Below are positions 37,758 to 50,526 of a DNA stretch of 64,000 nt, in pieces. The position numbers and the translations under genes are program-made. The notes beneath the pieces were generated by a model. That model was not told where the DNA came from. It saw only the letters and a list, made by a program, of their open reading frames with translations, and did not search any database. The DNA comes from Vicugna vicugna (taxonomy: Eukaryota). The stretch is taken from NCBI GenBank assembly GCA_013265495.1, contig MU058636.1:1984001-2048000 (forward strand). The letters are read 5' to 3'. How positions within the stretch are numbered: the first letter of the stretch is position 1; every line of letters begins with the position of its first letter.

Positions 37758-37881
37758 GGGGAGGGTATAGCTCAAGTGGTAGAGTGCATGTTTACCACGC
37801 ACGAGGTCCTGGGTTCAATCCCCAGTACCTCCTCCAAATAGAAATAAATAAATAACCCAATTATCTCCCCTCATAAAAAAT
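37758..37881 (+). mobile_element. tRNA-derived SINE (vic-1-like, camelid) with TSD
   Basis: GGGGAGGGTATAGCTCAAGTGGTAGAG...GGGTTCAATCCCCAGTACCTCC, tail aaataaata-cccaattatctcccc-A; TSD aaaca(-/g)tttgcccttg at 37741-37755 and 37882-37897. Confidence 0.9.
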
Positions 37882-37979
37882 AAACAGTTTGCCCTTGTAT
37901 TTCTCTGTAACAATGTTCGCTATACTATAGAGTGGGATTATGAGAGAGTAGTGGCTATACTGGGACAACTCAAGGTATC

Positions 37980-38499
37980 TGTGCAGGAACGAGTTAACAC
38001 AGCAGGCTGAGGGCTGCTGTCCTTAGCGAAGCCTGCTTGCAGAGTTGGCCCTGGGCTGGAGCCTGTAGCTCAGAGCTGGGGAGTATTCCCCTCACCCCTT
38101 ACCTGATTAGGGTGGCTTACTGTTCCTAGACTCTTTGTGCAAACAGTGTGGTTTATGCAGCACACCTGGTTTCCTTCTGGGAGTGTAGAATTCTGGTGCG
38201 GGCTAGGCAGAGGTGTCTGTGTGATCAGCCCCCTGTAAAAGCCTTGGCTGCCAAGTCTCTAATGGGCTTCTCCACCTGGAGGAAGGGTGGGCTGTGTGAC
38301 TCCTCGTGAGGAGGAGAGCACAAGGAAGCCCACACATGGATTCCTCTAGATTCCCGCGTGTCTTTCTGTCTTGAGATCTGGACGTGTACATTCACTGCAT
38401 TGCTGAGATAAATCTTAGTGCTGACTGCAACTCTATGCTGAGTCCTTTGAGTTCCAGTGAATTTCTGAACATGGGAGTGGTCTTGGGGACCCCCAGTCA
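37980..38499 (+). mobile_element. MER68-like ERVL solo LTR (520 bp)
   Basis: TGTGCAGGAACGAGTTAACACAGCAGGC start and GTGGTCTTGGGGACCCCCAGTCA end; TG..CA termini. Confidence 0.8.
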
Positions 38500-40039
38500 A
38501 GGATCTTTGTTATTAAGTTTACTGGGAAACTCAAAGGATTATATTTTAAAGCTGTTTTATTTATGCAGTATGTGGAGAGTGCATTTCTGACGTTATTCCA
38601 TGACTCTTACCCCTTTATTTCAGAAAGTTCTATTCGATAGTAATCTGCCCTGCATGCAGTGTAGCTACCTAGAGTATCCTGGGGAATTTGTTTGACAGGT
38701 TGCATCAAATTGCAGATAACTCTGTGACATCCCAGACTTCTAATTGTTAAAATAATTACAGTTAAAATTTTCTTTAAACTCACTTTCTCCTTCTGCTAAG
38801 AACAGCTAGTGATGGAAGCGGACTAGGAAGGAAAGCTTGTCTCTGAATCACTGAAAGAACAAGAGGGGGTAGGAGGTGGAGGAAAGTGCTCCAAGCTCAT
38901 TTTGGAGTTATACCCACCCTTTCAATCATCATAAACAATGCCAAGGGAAAGAATTTATTAGTTCTTAGTATATTTAAGATCCTATTAGAATTTAGGAGCA
39001 TAAACTTAGTGTCTGCTTTTTGGGCTATAATAACCGTGCATTATTTTATTTGGGGAGGGGGGGTGTGTTTGGGGAATTTGGTTAAGAAATATCAATAAAG
39101 AAATAAATCTTTAATAGTAACTTTTTTATATTCCTGGATATGATCATGCAAATTCCTTACTATGATTTTCTCTTGAATGAGGCCCCAAATACTGGCCTTG
39201 TTTTTATGAAGATAATGCTCCCTCTGTTTGTCTTTAATTCAAGTTCATCTGTTCAGTATGAGGTATGCTTTGGTAACTTCTAATCTAAACCATGCTCTTC
39301 AGTCTAGTCATACGTGACAGTTTATTTCTAAGGATTTAATTTGGTTATTGGAACTTTGTGAAAGTTAACAACTTCAGTTACAGCAGCATTAATGACTTAA
39401 GTTAATAACATTAGGGTGACCTAGGTTTACCCAGACTCCACTGACCTGGGGAGAGTAGCGCGAGAATTATCAGAGCGCTCTGTCAGAAGGATGTCTTCCA
39501 CCTCAGAGTCTTTCTTCGCATTCGCTTGTTTCACATTTGCCTTTAAACAGTGATGACTGATATGTATGCCACTTGATGGCGTGAACATTTGCTTCTCTTC
39601 TCCCAGCTTCTTGTTACACTCAGATAATTCTGGTGGTGGCACTCTCCGTTTCCTGATCACAGCCGTTGCAGTACCAAGAGGAGGAAACTTCCACCTCTGT
39701 TCTTTTTGACAAATGTGCTGTGTGCCGTCATGTGTGTAGTTGGGGATACGGAGAGGATTAGGGCCCAGTTTGAATTGTGAGGTACTTGCAGCAGAATACA
39801 AAGTACAAAATGATGGGGATAATTTTTAAATTTGGATACCAGGAACATTTGTAGAGTAAGAGATTTTTCAGAAAGTTGGATTGGAATTTACTGTGAGGAC
39901 GGGGAGTAGAGAACTTGGTGTTGACAAACGTGCCAGAGGAGGAAACAGCCTTGAAGACCTGTGGATCCGGAAGCAGCTCTGTGTCTTCAGGGAACTTGTG
40001 CTGACTCTCTAGGTGGATTGAAGACAACTGTCGTCATCA

Positions 40040-43000
40040 CAGTATTGTCTTTCTGTCCACAAATGTGGTCTCTCTCTCCATTTCTTTTTTGCAGGTCTTC
40101 TTTTAATGCCTTTCCACAAAGGTACATAATTTTCTGTGTTCAGGTCTTACATACATTGGTAGATAATCTGAGACAGTTCGTGGTATTTGTTGGTATTATG
40201 ATTGTTACCTTTAAAAATAAAACTTTTCTAGCTGATTATTCCTAGTGTGTAGATATGTGATTGACATTTGTATGTTGGTTATTTTGATACATTCATTCCA
40301 TCATTTAAAGACGGTTAGTAAACTGGCATATCTGACTACTGTGCACCTCCTCCCCTGAAGTTTTATCTTATGCTTATTTTTCATAAGTATTTGAGCTCAA
40401 GTTTTATGCTTACCCTACTGCATTGACACACTATTCATAGGAGCTTTTATCAAACATTTTTGTAACTACAGCTCTCATCACTTATTAGTATCTAGTGGCC
40501 TTGTACCATACTTCTTCCCCTTTTCCTTTTGCATTCTTTTCTCTTTTTCTTCCTGTGTCCTTGCTTTACTTTAATAATTTTCCTATTGATTCTTAATGGT
40601 TATTTTTCCATGTGAGTATAACTGGTTTGGCTAATTAAAAAAGATGCTGTTGGTATTTTTATTGAGCTAGCATACTTTTAGATTAGTTAGGGGTAGAATT
40701 GACATTTTTACAACAGATAGATACAGGTATTTATTTTCTTTTGTTCAGCTTATCTGTTGTTTCTGACAGTAGTCTTTCCCTTTCCTTCGTGGAAGTCTTG
40801 CATATTCTAGGTAAGTTTGTGCCTAGGTATTTTATCTGTTTATAAGGGCCAATTAATGTAAGTGGATTATTTTGCAGTTTATTTGTTGCCCCCAACACAC
40901 ACACGTGCGCACTCACACGCACACACATACAGTCTTCTGTTGGATTAATGGAATTTTCTTGATCCTTCTGCCCTGTGTTTAGCAGCGATCCCCCATCACA
41001 GTCTAATTCCACAAAATTCCCAGCACTCCGGCAGGAAACTTCATCCCTATTAGTAGTCACTCCTCATTTCCCCCTCCTCAGTCCCTGGAAACCATGAAGC
41101 TACTTTGTGTCTTCTTGGGTCTTCCTGTTCTGGATATTTTATATAAAAAGAATCATACATTGTGTGGCCTTTTTTGGTCTGGCTTCTTTCACTTAACAGT
41201 GTTTTCAGGGTTCATCCACAGTGTCACATGTATCAGTATGTTTTCCTTTTTATAGGTGAGTAATATTCCATTGTGTGGCTAGATCACATTTTGTTCACCC
41301 ATGTATCAGTTGATAGACATTTAAAGTTGTTGCTACTTTCTGACTATTATACTTAATGCTGCTGTGAACATTCATGTACCAATTTTTGTGTGAACATAAT
41401 GCTTTTAGTTCTCTTGTGTAGCATACTTAGGAGTAGAATTGCTGGGTCATGTGGTTTCTCTGTGTTTAACAATTTGAGTTCCTGCCCAATTGTTTTCCAA
41501 TGTGACTGCTGGATTCCCACCGGCAATGTGTGAGGATTTCAGTTCTCCATTTTCTTGCTAACATTGTTATTTTTGTTTTTGATTATACCTTCTTAGTGGA
41601 TATAAAGTGGTATCATTGTGGTTTGATTTGCATGTCCCTAATTGGATTAATGATGTTGAGCTTCTTTTTATGTGCTTATTGACCATTTGTGTATCTTCTT
41701 TGGAGAAATGTCTGTTCAGATCCTTTGCCAATTTGAAAATTTGGCTATTTCTTTTTATTGTTGAGTTATACAAATTCTTTGTATATTCTACATACTAGAC
41801 CTTCATTGAATGTATGATTTGTATGTATTTTCTCCTCTTTTGTATGTTGCCTTTTTACTTTCCTGCTGGTTTCCTATGAAGTACAAAAAATTTTAAGTTT
41901 TGGTGAAATCCAACTTATTTTTCTTTTTCCTTTGGTTATGTGTGCTTTAGGTGTCATAACTTACACTATTGTTTAACTGAAGATTATGAAGTATATACTG
42001 GTCTTCTTAGAGTTTTATAGTTTAGCTCCTATATTTAGATTTTTGATCCATTTTGAGGTAGTTTTTGTATATGGTGTGAGGTAGAGGTTGAATGTTACAT
42101 AATATGTTTCCATTTTATGTGTAGTCACCCCTAGAATTTTAACATGCATGGTTTACCAAGTATGAAATTGTTGAAGAGGAAAGAGGTAACTGATCATTAA
42201 ATTGTTCTTCACTAGGGAGGTGTGAATGACAAACCTTAAAACTCTTTTTGTCCCCTCACTTGACCGTTGTGTATAAACTTTAAGATGACAGTATATTTTC
42301 CCTACTTACTTTGACTATATGATTTCATTGTCTATCTAGCGTTACTGATCAGTCTGTTAATGTTTTTCTTCTTTAAAGATAGTCTATCTTTTTTAGCTTT
42401 CGTAGCTTTTTAGATTTTTCTCTTTGTCTTCGGCATGCCACAGTTTCGTCTGGTTAATTGGAAGGGATTTGTTTTTGCTTATTCTGTTCAGAACTCTTGT
42501 TCAGGACTTCAGGAATGAGGATTTCTTTGGTAAATTAGATCGTAAAAATCCCAAATCTTTTCTTTGAAAATTGCTTCTCCGGTACTCTTTTTTGTCCTGG
42601 AAATTCGCTTTCTCATTCTACTTTTCCTACTTAACCACTCTTTTGTGTTTCCAAGTTTTACTTCTAGATTCTTCTCTGGTTTACTTTTCCTGTCTTTGTG
42701 TCTACTTTGCTGTTTAACTCATCTGTTAAGTTTTTTCCCCTTTAATTTTAATGGTTATATTTTTTTCCTCCTATAGAGTCTACTTTGTTCTGTTTAAGAA
42801 GAACAAAATTTTTTTGGTGATATTTATCTCTTCTTTCATGTTCTTAATCATTTTAATTGTCGTTTTAAAAAATATCTGTAAGGTTCTGTTACCTGGGATT
42901 CATTGCTTTCAGGTGCTGGTTCTCAAGTATATTGTGCATGCTGGTTCTCATTTTGGGAGTTCTTTCAAGTGGGATTATTTTTTCTGTGTTTTGGGTTGTA

Positions 43001-43960
43001 GAAGTGTTTGTCAGAATGGTTGGTGTCTGCTTTATCCAGGTGTCCATTGCCGATGCAATTTAAACTTTTGCTAGTTTCTCTCTGGCGGTTCTGTAACGTG
43101 GACTCTCCTGGGAATTTTCTCTCCTCCTGTGCATGGTACAGGCGTTGGGTTTCCATTTCTCTTGACAGCACCCCAGCCCTCTTCCTCCTCCATCTCTCTT
43201 CCACAAACAAAGTTACTTTTTTCCTCTGGGCTGATAGGTAGAAGTTTTCTCCTCGAACTTGGACTAATGTTACAACTTTTTCACTAGGATTTCACTGACT
43301 TTACACTAGGATTTGAGTTCCAGTCTCCACATTTGAGGCCACGTTTCATTTGCCCATGTGGGCGTTGAAGCCTCACCTCGTAGAAACTACATCTGGCCTC
43401 GGGTGGCAATCCTGGAGATTTGCCTTCTCATTCTGCTTTTTCTTCTTAACCATTCTTGTATTTTCCAAGTTTTACTTCCTACAGCATCACCTGTTAATTC
43501 CAAATTTTGCCCCAATTTCTTGCTCTTGGAATTTTTTGTTCTTTTTATTTCAGTTATATTTTAAAATTTAGGTCTTATATTTTATCTTGTAGTTCTATGT
43601 ATTCGTAACTTTGGCTGGGATCGAGGGAGCGTATCCATGTTAGCTCAGCTTCTGATTTCCCAGAAGTAGTATTAGCTTAAGTGGTTGTTTGTATTTAGGA
43701 ACAGTGTTCATTTGGTGTATGTTAATATTGGGCATTTACTTTATGTGTTCTGTCATTATTTACAAGAGTCTTTTTTTTTTATTTGTTTCCTTGGGTTTTT
43801 CAGGAATAGAATTATGTCATCCAAAAACACTGACACTTTGTTTCTATAAGTTAGCCATAAAAATTTTATATCTCATCTCCTTATTTTGTTAATTGTTTTG
43901 GTTAATTTGTCCAGTGAGCATTTCTGTATTATTATTCACTTTTAAGAAGAATACTTTTAA
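40040..43960 (-). mobile_element. Cluster of nested antisense old L1 fragments (L1MB/MC/ME-like)
   Basis: Best preserved at ~40990-42090 (ctggcttctttcacttaac, taatattccattgtgtgg, tcttctttggagaaatgtctgttcaga). Minus ORFs 41567..41773 ([22 protein letters not shown]) and 40731..41060 (IKYLGTNL) are L1 ORF2p-like peptides. Confidence 0.85.
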
Positions 43961-44999
43961 GAAGAATCAAGAAAAAAATGTTCTAAAGCAATTAATTTAT
44001 ATCTCAGTTTGCATATTGACTTAATAAGAAATTATAGTGAAACTATCATGTATGTCACCAAGATGTCATTTTAAGAGTTAATTACAACAGTAATGCAAAA
44101 AATAAACACACAAATGGAGTATTTTTAGTTCATATTTTTTAAAATACAAATTTTCACTCTTAAAGATTGTCTCTTACGGTGTCCTCAGTGTGTGACTGTG
44201 TTTGCTTACATGCTCTAGTGACTGAGTGCTGGTTAATAGCAGGCTGTTGTCATAACCACGAGTAGCGCCCTCACTCCCCCCACCCACACACGGAAAGATG
44301 GAACTTAAAAAGGAATATTTATATGTGAGAGAGGTGAAATTGCACCTGTTCATTTAATTCACCTTTATTTTTAACTACTCATTTCTGTAGTATGGTTCTG
44401 CCCCTTTGTACTGGTTATAATTTAGTGTTACTTGTAGGCAGTTAATATTAACTGTGTTGTGGTTGTCATCCTCACAATACCAAGCACAGAATAACTCTCT
44501 TCAAGTGGGTATGTGTGTATTTTACCCATTTCTTTAACGTTTTTGTAAAATATTTTGGTGGGACAAAACTTTGCCTTTTGTGACTAGATTTGATGTTTCA
44601 GTAATTTGAAGGTTCCGTATCCTGTTACCTTTATGGGTGGTGATACTTACTACCACACATGTTTTATTTTGAATATATTTACATGACTCCAGTCAGCCTC
44701 AGTTCAGATATACAAACTCAGATTTCAGTGCTGAAATAGCCACAATATTTACAATTCTTAAGAGAAAGCTTGTACTTAGAACTTGTAAATTCTACTGGAC
44801 ATGAATTTCCTTCCTAACTGACTCCCATTGTTTCTGGTAATTTTTTTCCACTTATTTAGCCTTAAAGAGAGGTTCTAGCCTTTGTTTCACTGCTCTGGTG
44901 TCAGAATCCCCCCTCTCCCCGCTTAGGTGGTCCCGCTGGTGCTGCTGCTGTGAAGACCCCCTCTGCGCTCTGGTGTGAGGCTGAGGGACTGGGCGGTGT

Positions 45000-45262
45000 G
45001 CAGAGGATTGGCTAAGAGCACGGGCTTTGGAATCACACAGACCTGAGTTTGAATCTTGATTCTTTTGTTTAATAACTTATGTTTGTCCTTGCAATAATTT
45101 TTTTTAATTTTTGTTTTTAAGCTTGTTTCTTCCTCTATGAGGTGACTATGTCACTTGCCTCACAGGGTTATTGTGAGGACTAAATAGGCTGGTGTATGTG
45201 AAGCGCTCTTTTTAATGCCTGACACATGGAAGGTGCTTAAGAATCAGTAGCTGTATTTGTTG
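45000..45262 (+). mobile_element. MIR SINE, near full length
   Basis: ggctaagagcacgggctttggaatcacacagacctgagtttgaatc...cctcacagggttattgtgaggactaaat...tgcctgacacat. Confidence 0.8.
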
Positions 45263-47177
45263 CTGTTGTTTAATTTAAAGGTAGTAAACAAATTTACATA
45301 TTTTTGGTGACTTGACTAGTTTTATCTTGGAAACGGTTAGAGACTAGCTTTAGGAAAACTATCTGAATGCATTTTATATCAGATAAATGGGGAGTATTTA
45401 TCTTTTGAAAATTGTTGAAAATAATCCAATTTTTACAGTATGGATTAACCTACAATTAAATGTATAATACAGAGTTAGAAAAACATAGAATTCTGGAACA
45501 GTTTTTTAAAAGTTAGGCTTATATCTTAATATAATAGCTTGGCTTCCTTATAAATATTTTTTGTAGGAGTTTTAGATTTTTTAAGTTTCTCTTAGATATA
45601 GTTAAGGCATACTTGAGAATTCTTGGCCTATTTTAATGTCATTGCAGTAGACATTAGTACAGCAGGAGGAGTATGAAATTGGAAGTTTGGAGACTTGGGT
45701 TTGAGGCCTGGCTTTGGTGTTGACTTTACACGTACGTCCTTGGTCACATAACATACACCTTGTGTCTGAGTTCTAGTCTGTACCACATTGCTTGTAGCCT
45801 GGCCTGCCTCACCTACCTGCCCACTTAGTTGCTGAGAAAATCAGAGGAAATAATTATGTTAGGGCTCTTTAGGAGAGGAGGGCTATCCAGAGCAAAGATG
45901 AGTATTATCTTAGTTCTCACCTTGTTTTTGTTCATCTACGTCTTTTCAAAAAACAGTATTGGTGTTTTATAAATTTTTAGGAAGTGAAATTCATATCCCT
46001 GTTAATCAGATTTATGTGACCAGAGGCGTTCTGGTAGCTTTTTTTCTTGAATCATGAGATGGCATATTCAAAGTGAAGGTTTTGAGTCATTCCCCAGGTA
46101 GCCAGAAAACAGTCCCTGGACAAGCTGATTTTTTTCAGGAAGTATGACTGTAGCTCTAGAAATTGTTTTCAGTCTCTGCTCAGAACTGATCACCTCCATT
46201 GAGCCTTTGACTGACTACCTAGTTTTACTTAATTTGCATTCCATCTGCATTTATGCATGTAGTTTGCAGTCTGTTACTTTGTATTTGAGTGTTTCTGTAA
46301 GTCATTTTATGTGTTTTACACGTGACCTGGTCTTGTTTTCTCAGCCAGCTTGGAGTCTCCTGAAAGGTGAGGACAGTTGTCCTTCCCTTTCTTCACTGTA
46401 GACCCGGGAAGAGGGCGCTCTGCACCCAGCGGTTTCTGACTAGTTGTGTTTAGGTGAACCTTGCACGACAACAGACTGGCGTCAGCTGGCCTAATGGAAG
46501 CGTGCATGTGCAGACATTTTCAGTTGTCTACTATAGTGTATGCCTGTTTAAAGCTAAGAGGCGTCACAACAGTGTACTTCTTGATTTAAAAAATACGATA
46601 TTTAAGCTGCCGGGTGTTTCAGCTAAGACTGGACTTAATTTTTTTTGCTTTTTCAAGCCATTCTGTTAATTGTATTTTGCCAAAAGAAATCTAATAAATC
46701 TCATTAAGTAGTTTGATTTTTTTAATACTGTAATATTTTAAGGAAATGTGGTATTTGTATTTCTTATAGCTATGGTTTTAAATGATTCTTAGCAAAAAAG
46801 GAATTCTGTTTTTTGTAAAAGAAAGGCCTTTATAAAAGGTATTTTATAATAGGCCCAGTTTTCCACTAAATCAGTTTATTAAATTATCAGTAATTCTTAT
46901 TATTGAAGTTTTTCCTGTGTGAACCTTGATACGGAGGAGACTTTTTTAACAGCAATTTTCCTAATTTATTTTGAAAGACTACATTTGAAAAAAAAATTCT
47001 TTGCATTTTCTTTAATCAGAGCTTTCTCTAAAACAAACTAAAACTGTCTTTTATCTTTACATTTAAAGAGTTTTGCTAAAGACGTTTCTTCCAAATGAAT
47101 GTTTGCAGTTTATTTGCCAGATTTTTTCTCTAAAAGCAATTTTTCCTTTCTAAGAAGCAGTTTTATATCTTCTTCAG

Positions 47178-47425
47178 GAATGTCACTGTCTGCTGGGTCT
47201 TCTCCTCTTCATTCCCCCAAGATCACTCCACATACTTCTCCTGCTCCCAGAAGAAGAAGTCACACTCCAAATCCAGCAAATTACATGGTGCCTTCTAGTG
47301 CCTCTACGTCAGTCAGTAATCCCGTTTCTCAGACTCCGTCTTCTGGGCAGGTGATCCAAAAGGAAACCGTCGGGGGGACGACTTACTTTTATACAGACAC
47401 AACCCCAGCAGCTTTGACTGGAATG
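47178..47425 (+). CDS. PAN3: PAN3 exon 7 (248 nt, phase 1-0), Ser/Pro-rich linker
   Basis: tcttcttcag|GA ATG...GGA ATG|gtaggt; (G)MSLSAGSSPLHSPKITPHTSPAPRRRSHTPNP...QKETVGGTTYFYTDTTPAALTGM, inside ORF 47099..47440. Confidence 0.97.
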
Positions 47426-48334
47426 GTAGGTCTGCACTAAAGGAGAGAAGACAGAGCTCCTAGAACAGTTTCTTCTTGTAAATGAAGTTAATGAGGAGGT
47501 TATCCCCTCTTGTATCTTTTTACTGTGATGTGAAAAAGTAATTTCCTAATTTAGATAATTCTAATCTGTTCTTATCTCTTCAAAGTAATCTGTTTCTGCA
47601 TTTTTAATAACTGTATAGTTTTGGACAAGTCAGACGTTAGATTACTCCAGCTCTGGTTTCGTGCTTCATGGCTTATGGGGTTACCTCGTACTTTTGTTAG
47701 CTGGAGCTGATGTTTGCTGACATTTGTTTCTAGCTATAGGTAGTTGCACCTCTAGTAAGAAATTAGAGAAAGTGTACGGTTTCTTATCAGTATTTACTGA
47801 AAGCGGACTGATGATAAACACTTTCTCAGACAAGGCAGTGATTTCATAGCTAGAACCCTGCAGAGTGGTGGCTGCTGTCATAAGGGGCCTCCAATGTGGG
47901 TCACTGAGAAGGAGGGAGGAAGTTTAGGGAGCTCTGATGGTGCCAGAGGAAAGAGCTACCAAAGAGCTGCCAGGAGAGGAGAGGGGGAGGGGGCAGAGAG
48001 GGAAGTGCTATGTTCCATAAATTAATTGTACCTTTTTAGCTTCATAACTTTGTCTATGTTGAAAAATGGTTTAACTATAGAAAAATAAGTAGTAGATGAA
48101 GATCTCATGAGTAAGAAAACCAAATTCCATCAAAGTATGAAAGCTGGTCTGAACCATAGACATTTGAGAAGATTGTGGACAGTAGGCTTAGATGAAAAGT
48201 GCATTTGGATTTTCGGAAGCAGATTTTGATCCCACAAGTTAAATTCATGATTTCGTTTTGATTGTATTGAATCTTTTACTAAAAGGCAATTTGAGTGGAC
48301 AGAAAACAGGTTTTTTTGTTTTTCCTTTGTAAGA

Positions 48335-48470
48335 GTCCCAGTTCTGCCATTGTTTTGTGGCTCTGGAATCTTGGTACCTCTGAGACTGTTTCCCCAGTTG
48401 TAAATGGGAATGATAGTGCCTAACTACCGTGTGAGAAGTAAATGAGAAAGTATTTATAGAAGTACTTGTA
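48335..48470 (+). mobile_element. MIR fragment
   Basis: ctctgagactgtttccccagttgtaaatgggaatgatagtgcctaac core. Confidence 0.6.
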
Positions 48471-49535
48471 AATCATGTAAAATACTTTTTAAAAAATAAT
48501 AAAATAGCTAATAGTTTTTTGTTTTGTTTTGTTTTTGGTCAGAGATCTTTCAAAAATTATCCCAGAACAGCTTGCCGAACAGAAGGTCAAATAATTGAGG
48601 TAGAGTAGAGACTTTCCTTGATTCTTTCAAGTAAGAATTCCATTAATGTTTTACTTTGGGGGGGTTATTATATTTCATAGTTATTTACATTTTTATTATG
48701 CTTTCTTTTAATCACATTTGTAGAAAAAAGGTGTAATGTATAAAGAGGTTCTTCTGTCACAAAACTGCCTCAGCTGTTTTTGTAGAGATTACATATGGCA
48801 CATATTTATAATGTTTTTACTCTTCAAACCATTCTTAAAAATACGCTCCTGGGAAAGCTGAGGTAGTCAGGCCAAACTCTGCTACATTCTGATGTAAGGA
48901 AACCAAGGCAAGAAAAAGTGGTAGTACTGTCATTGCAGATATAGGTTAAAGGAAACCTTACAAACCACTGTGCAGATACAGTGAAGGCAAAGAGAGGCAG
49001 AGGAAAAGGGCAGAAAGCAGGGCGGTGGGAAGAGTCCAACTGGACAAATGAAAGACAAGAAGCCGGAAGCAGAATTTAGTCACTTAGTTGTAGTTTGATG
49101 GGAAGGTAAATATATTGTTGCCCCCTTCTGTTCATTTAAGCTGCTGACCCCGGAGTATGTTGGTCCTCTGCTGTTGTAGTTTGAGGTATTAAACAAGTAT
49201 CTAGATAACACTTTGTTTAGTTTGGCTGCAAAAAACCCTTCCAGAGGGCAGTTCTTTGGGCGGCCAGGCAGTGTTGCTTCATTATCTGACTCTTCCCAAG
49301 CACTTTTAGTACCTACTTTCTTCCTCTCTTCCAGTTGTTTTAAAAAATTCTTACCAACTGTTTGTGTAAGATTTCTTTCAAAGACTTAGTTTTGCCTCTC
49401 ATTGAAACTAAAATTTTACTGTGTCTGAACAAATGTTTCTTTTCTCATCAGAGTTTTAAAAATTATCAAAATAAAGATAAAGCCTATCAATTGAGAAAAA
49501 TTGATCATTACACTTTCCCCCTCCCTACCTTTTAG

Positions 49536-49640
49536 GTGTTTCCAAACTATCATATTTACCCTCCAACTGCACCTCATGTTGCTTACATGCAACCAAAAGC
49601 GAATGCACCTTCCTTCTTCATGGCTGACGAACTCCGCCAG
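49536..49640 (+). CDS. PAN3: PAN3 exon 8 (105 nt, phase 0-0)
   Basis: ccttttag|GTG...CAG|gtgggc; VFPNYHIYPPTAPHVAYMQPKANAPSFFMADELRQ. Confidence 0.97.
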
Positions 49641-50463
49641 GTGGGCTGTCAGAATTCATTGTGGGAAGACGTCATGTCTGTTCTGTTTTAGCAAAGAACT
49701 GGAGAAAGGACAGAGCGCTTCTCAAATCTGATTTAATCAATACGCTGTACTAAAGCAGATAAAACTTAGAATTCGTGAGTTCTAATTGATATATTTATTT
49801 AAAGAAACCCGTTTTTCAAGAAGATTGCAAGTAATTGTGTTAGGATAGAAAGCATGGAATAGCGATTCAAATGGGCTGCCTTTCTGCATCTCATGAGCAG
49901 TGCATTGGAAGGTCTCTGTGAAGTATATAAATCAATAATTTAAATCATTTCTAACTGCTAGACAACTTTTTGCTAATATCTGTAGTAGTTAGCTAAGGAG
50001 TAGCTAGTAAGTAGTTTGGCTTAGAAATAAACTTCATTTGAAGAGAGCTCAATATTTTCTATCAAGTAGGTTTCATAAAATAATTTTTTGTAAACAGTTA
50101 TATATTATTTGATGTGTAGAATTTTATTTTTACACTTAGATCTCAGAAATATTTTTATTTCACAGAAGTAGGTTGCACCAGTATAATGTTTATAGAGTGG
50201 ATTATTAAAGAGCTTAGCCACAGAATTAGTTGTATGTTTTGGGTTACAGCCTGCTGCTTGCACCCGTCCTGAATTATGGGCAGGGCTGTCTATCTAGGAC
50301 TGGAATTTGAACACTTTACCATTATTAGGAATGTTATTTCATGATATCAACATTAAAAACTCACATGCCAAGAATATTGATACTTATGCTATTTAGTAAT
50401 AATAGAAAATCCAGATTTCAGAATCCGTGTTTAGATGTAAATATACTTATTTTCTTTTCTTAG

Positions 50464-50521
50464 GAGCTGATTAACAGACATTTAATAACAATGGCTCAAA
50501 TTGATCAAGCAGATATGCCAG
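50464..50521 (+). CDS. PAN3: PAN3 exon 9 (58 nt, phase 0-1)
   Basis: ttttcttag|GAG...CCA G|gtaaaa; ELINRHLITMAQIDQADMP(A). Confidence 0.96.
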
Positions 50522-50526
50522 GTAAA

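Noticed and set aside
37758..37830. tRNA-like sequences with A and B boxes (also at 11877, 21789, 51953)
   Set aside because: A-rich tails, a TSD and no proper acceptor stem: SINE heads, not tRNA genes.
11199..38412. PolyA signals of both sense LTRs appear mutated (AATAAG 11199, GATAAA 38407), suggesting selection against intronic polyadenylation
   Set aside because: Two cases are compatible with neutral decay, and sense SINE and L1 tails nearby keep intact AATAAA.
41567..41773. Minus-strand ORF with a clear protein-like motif ([15 protein letters not shown])
   Set aside because: Remnant of LINE-1 ORF2p in a decayed element, not a host gene.
35194..47119. Peptide FAVYLP occurs in both ORF 35146 and ORF 47099 with only synonymous differences
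   Set aside because: Only 18 nt with no flanking similarity; a few 6-residue matches are plausible by chance among this many AT-rich ORFs.
2994..49251. Weaker CTCF-like motifs at ~2994 (CAAGCAGGTGGCAG), ~6642, ~17430 and ~49238 (CTTCCAGAGGGCAG)
   Set aside because: Mismatches at conserved core positions and no supporting context.
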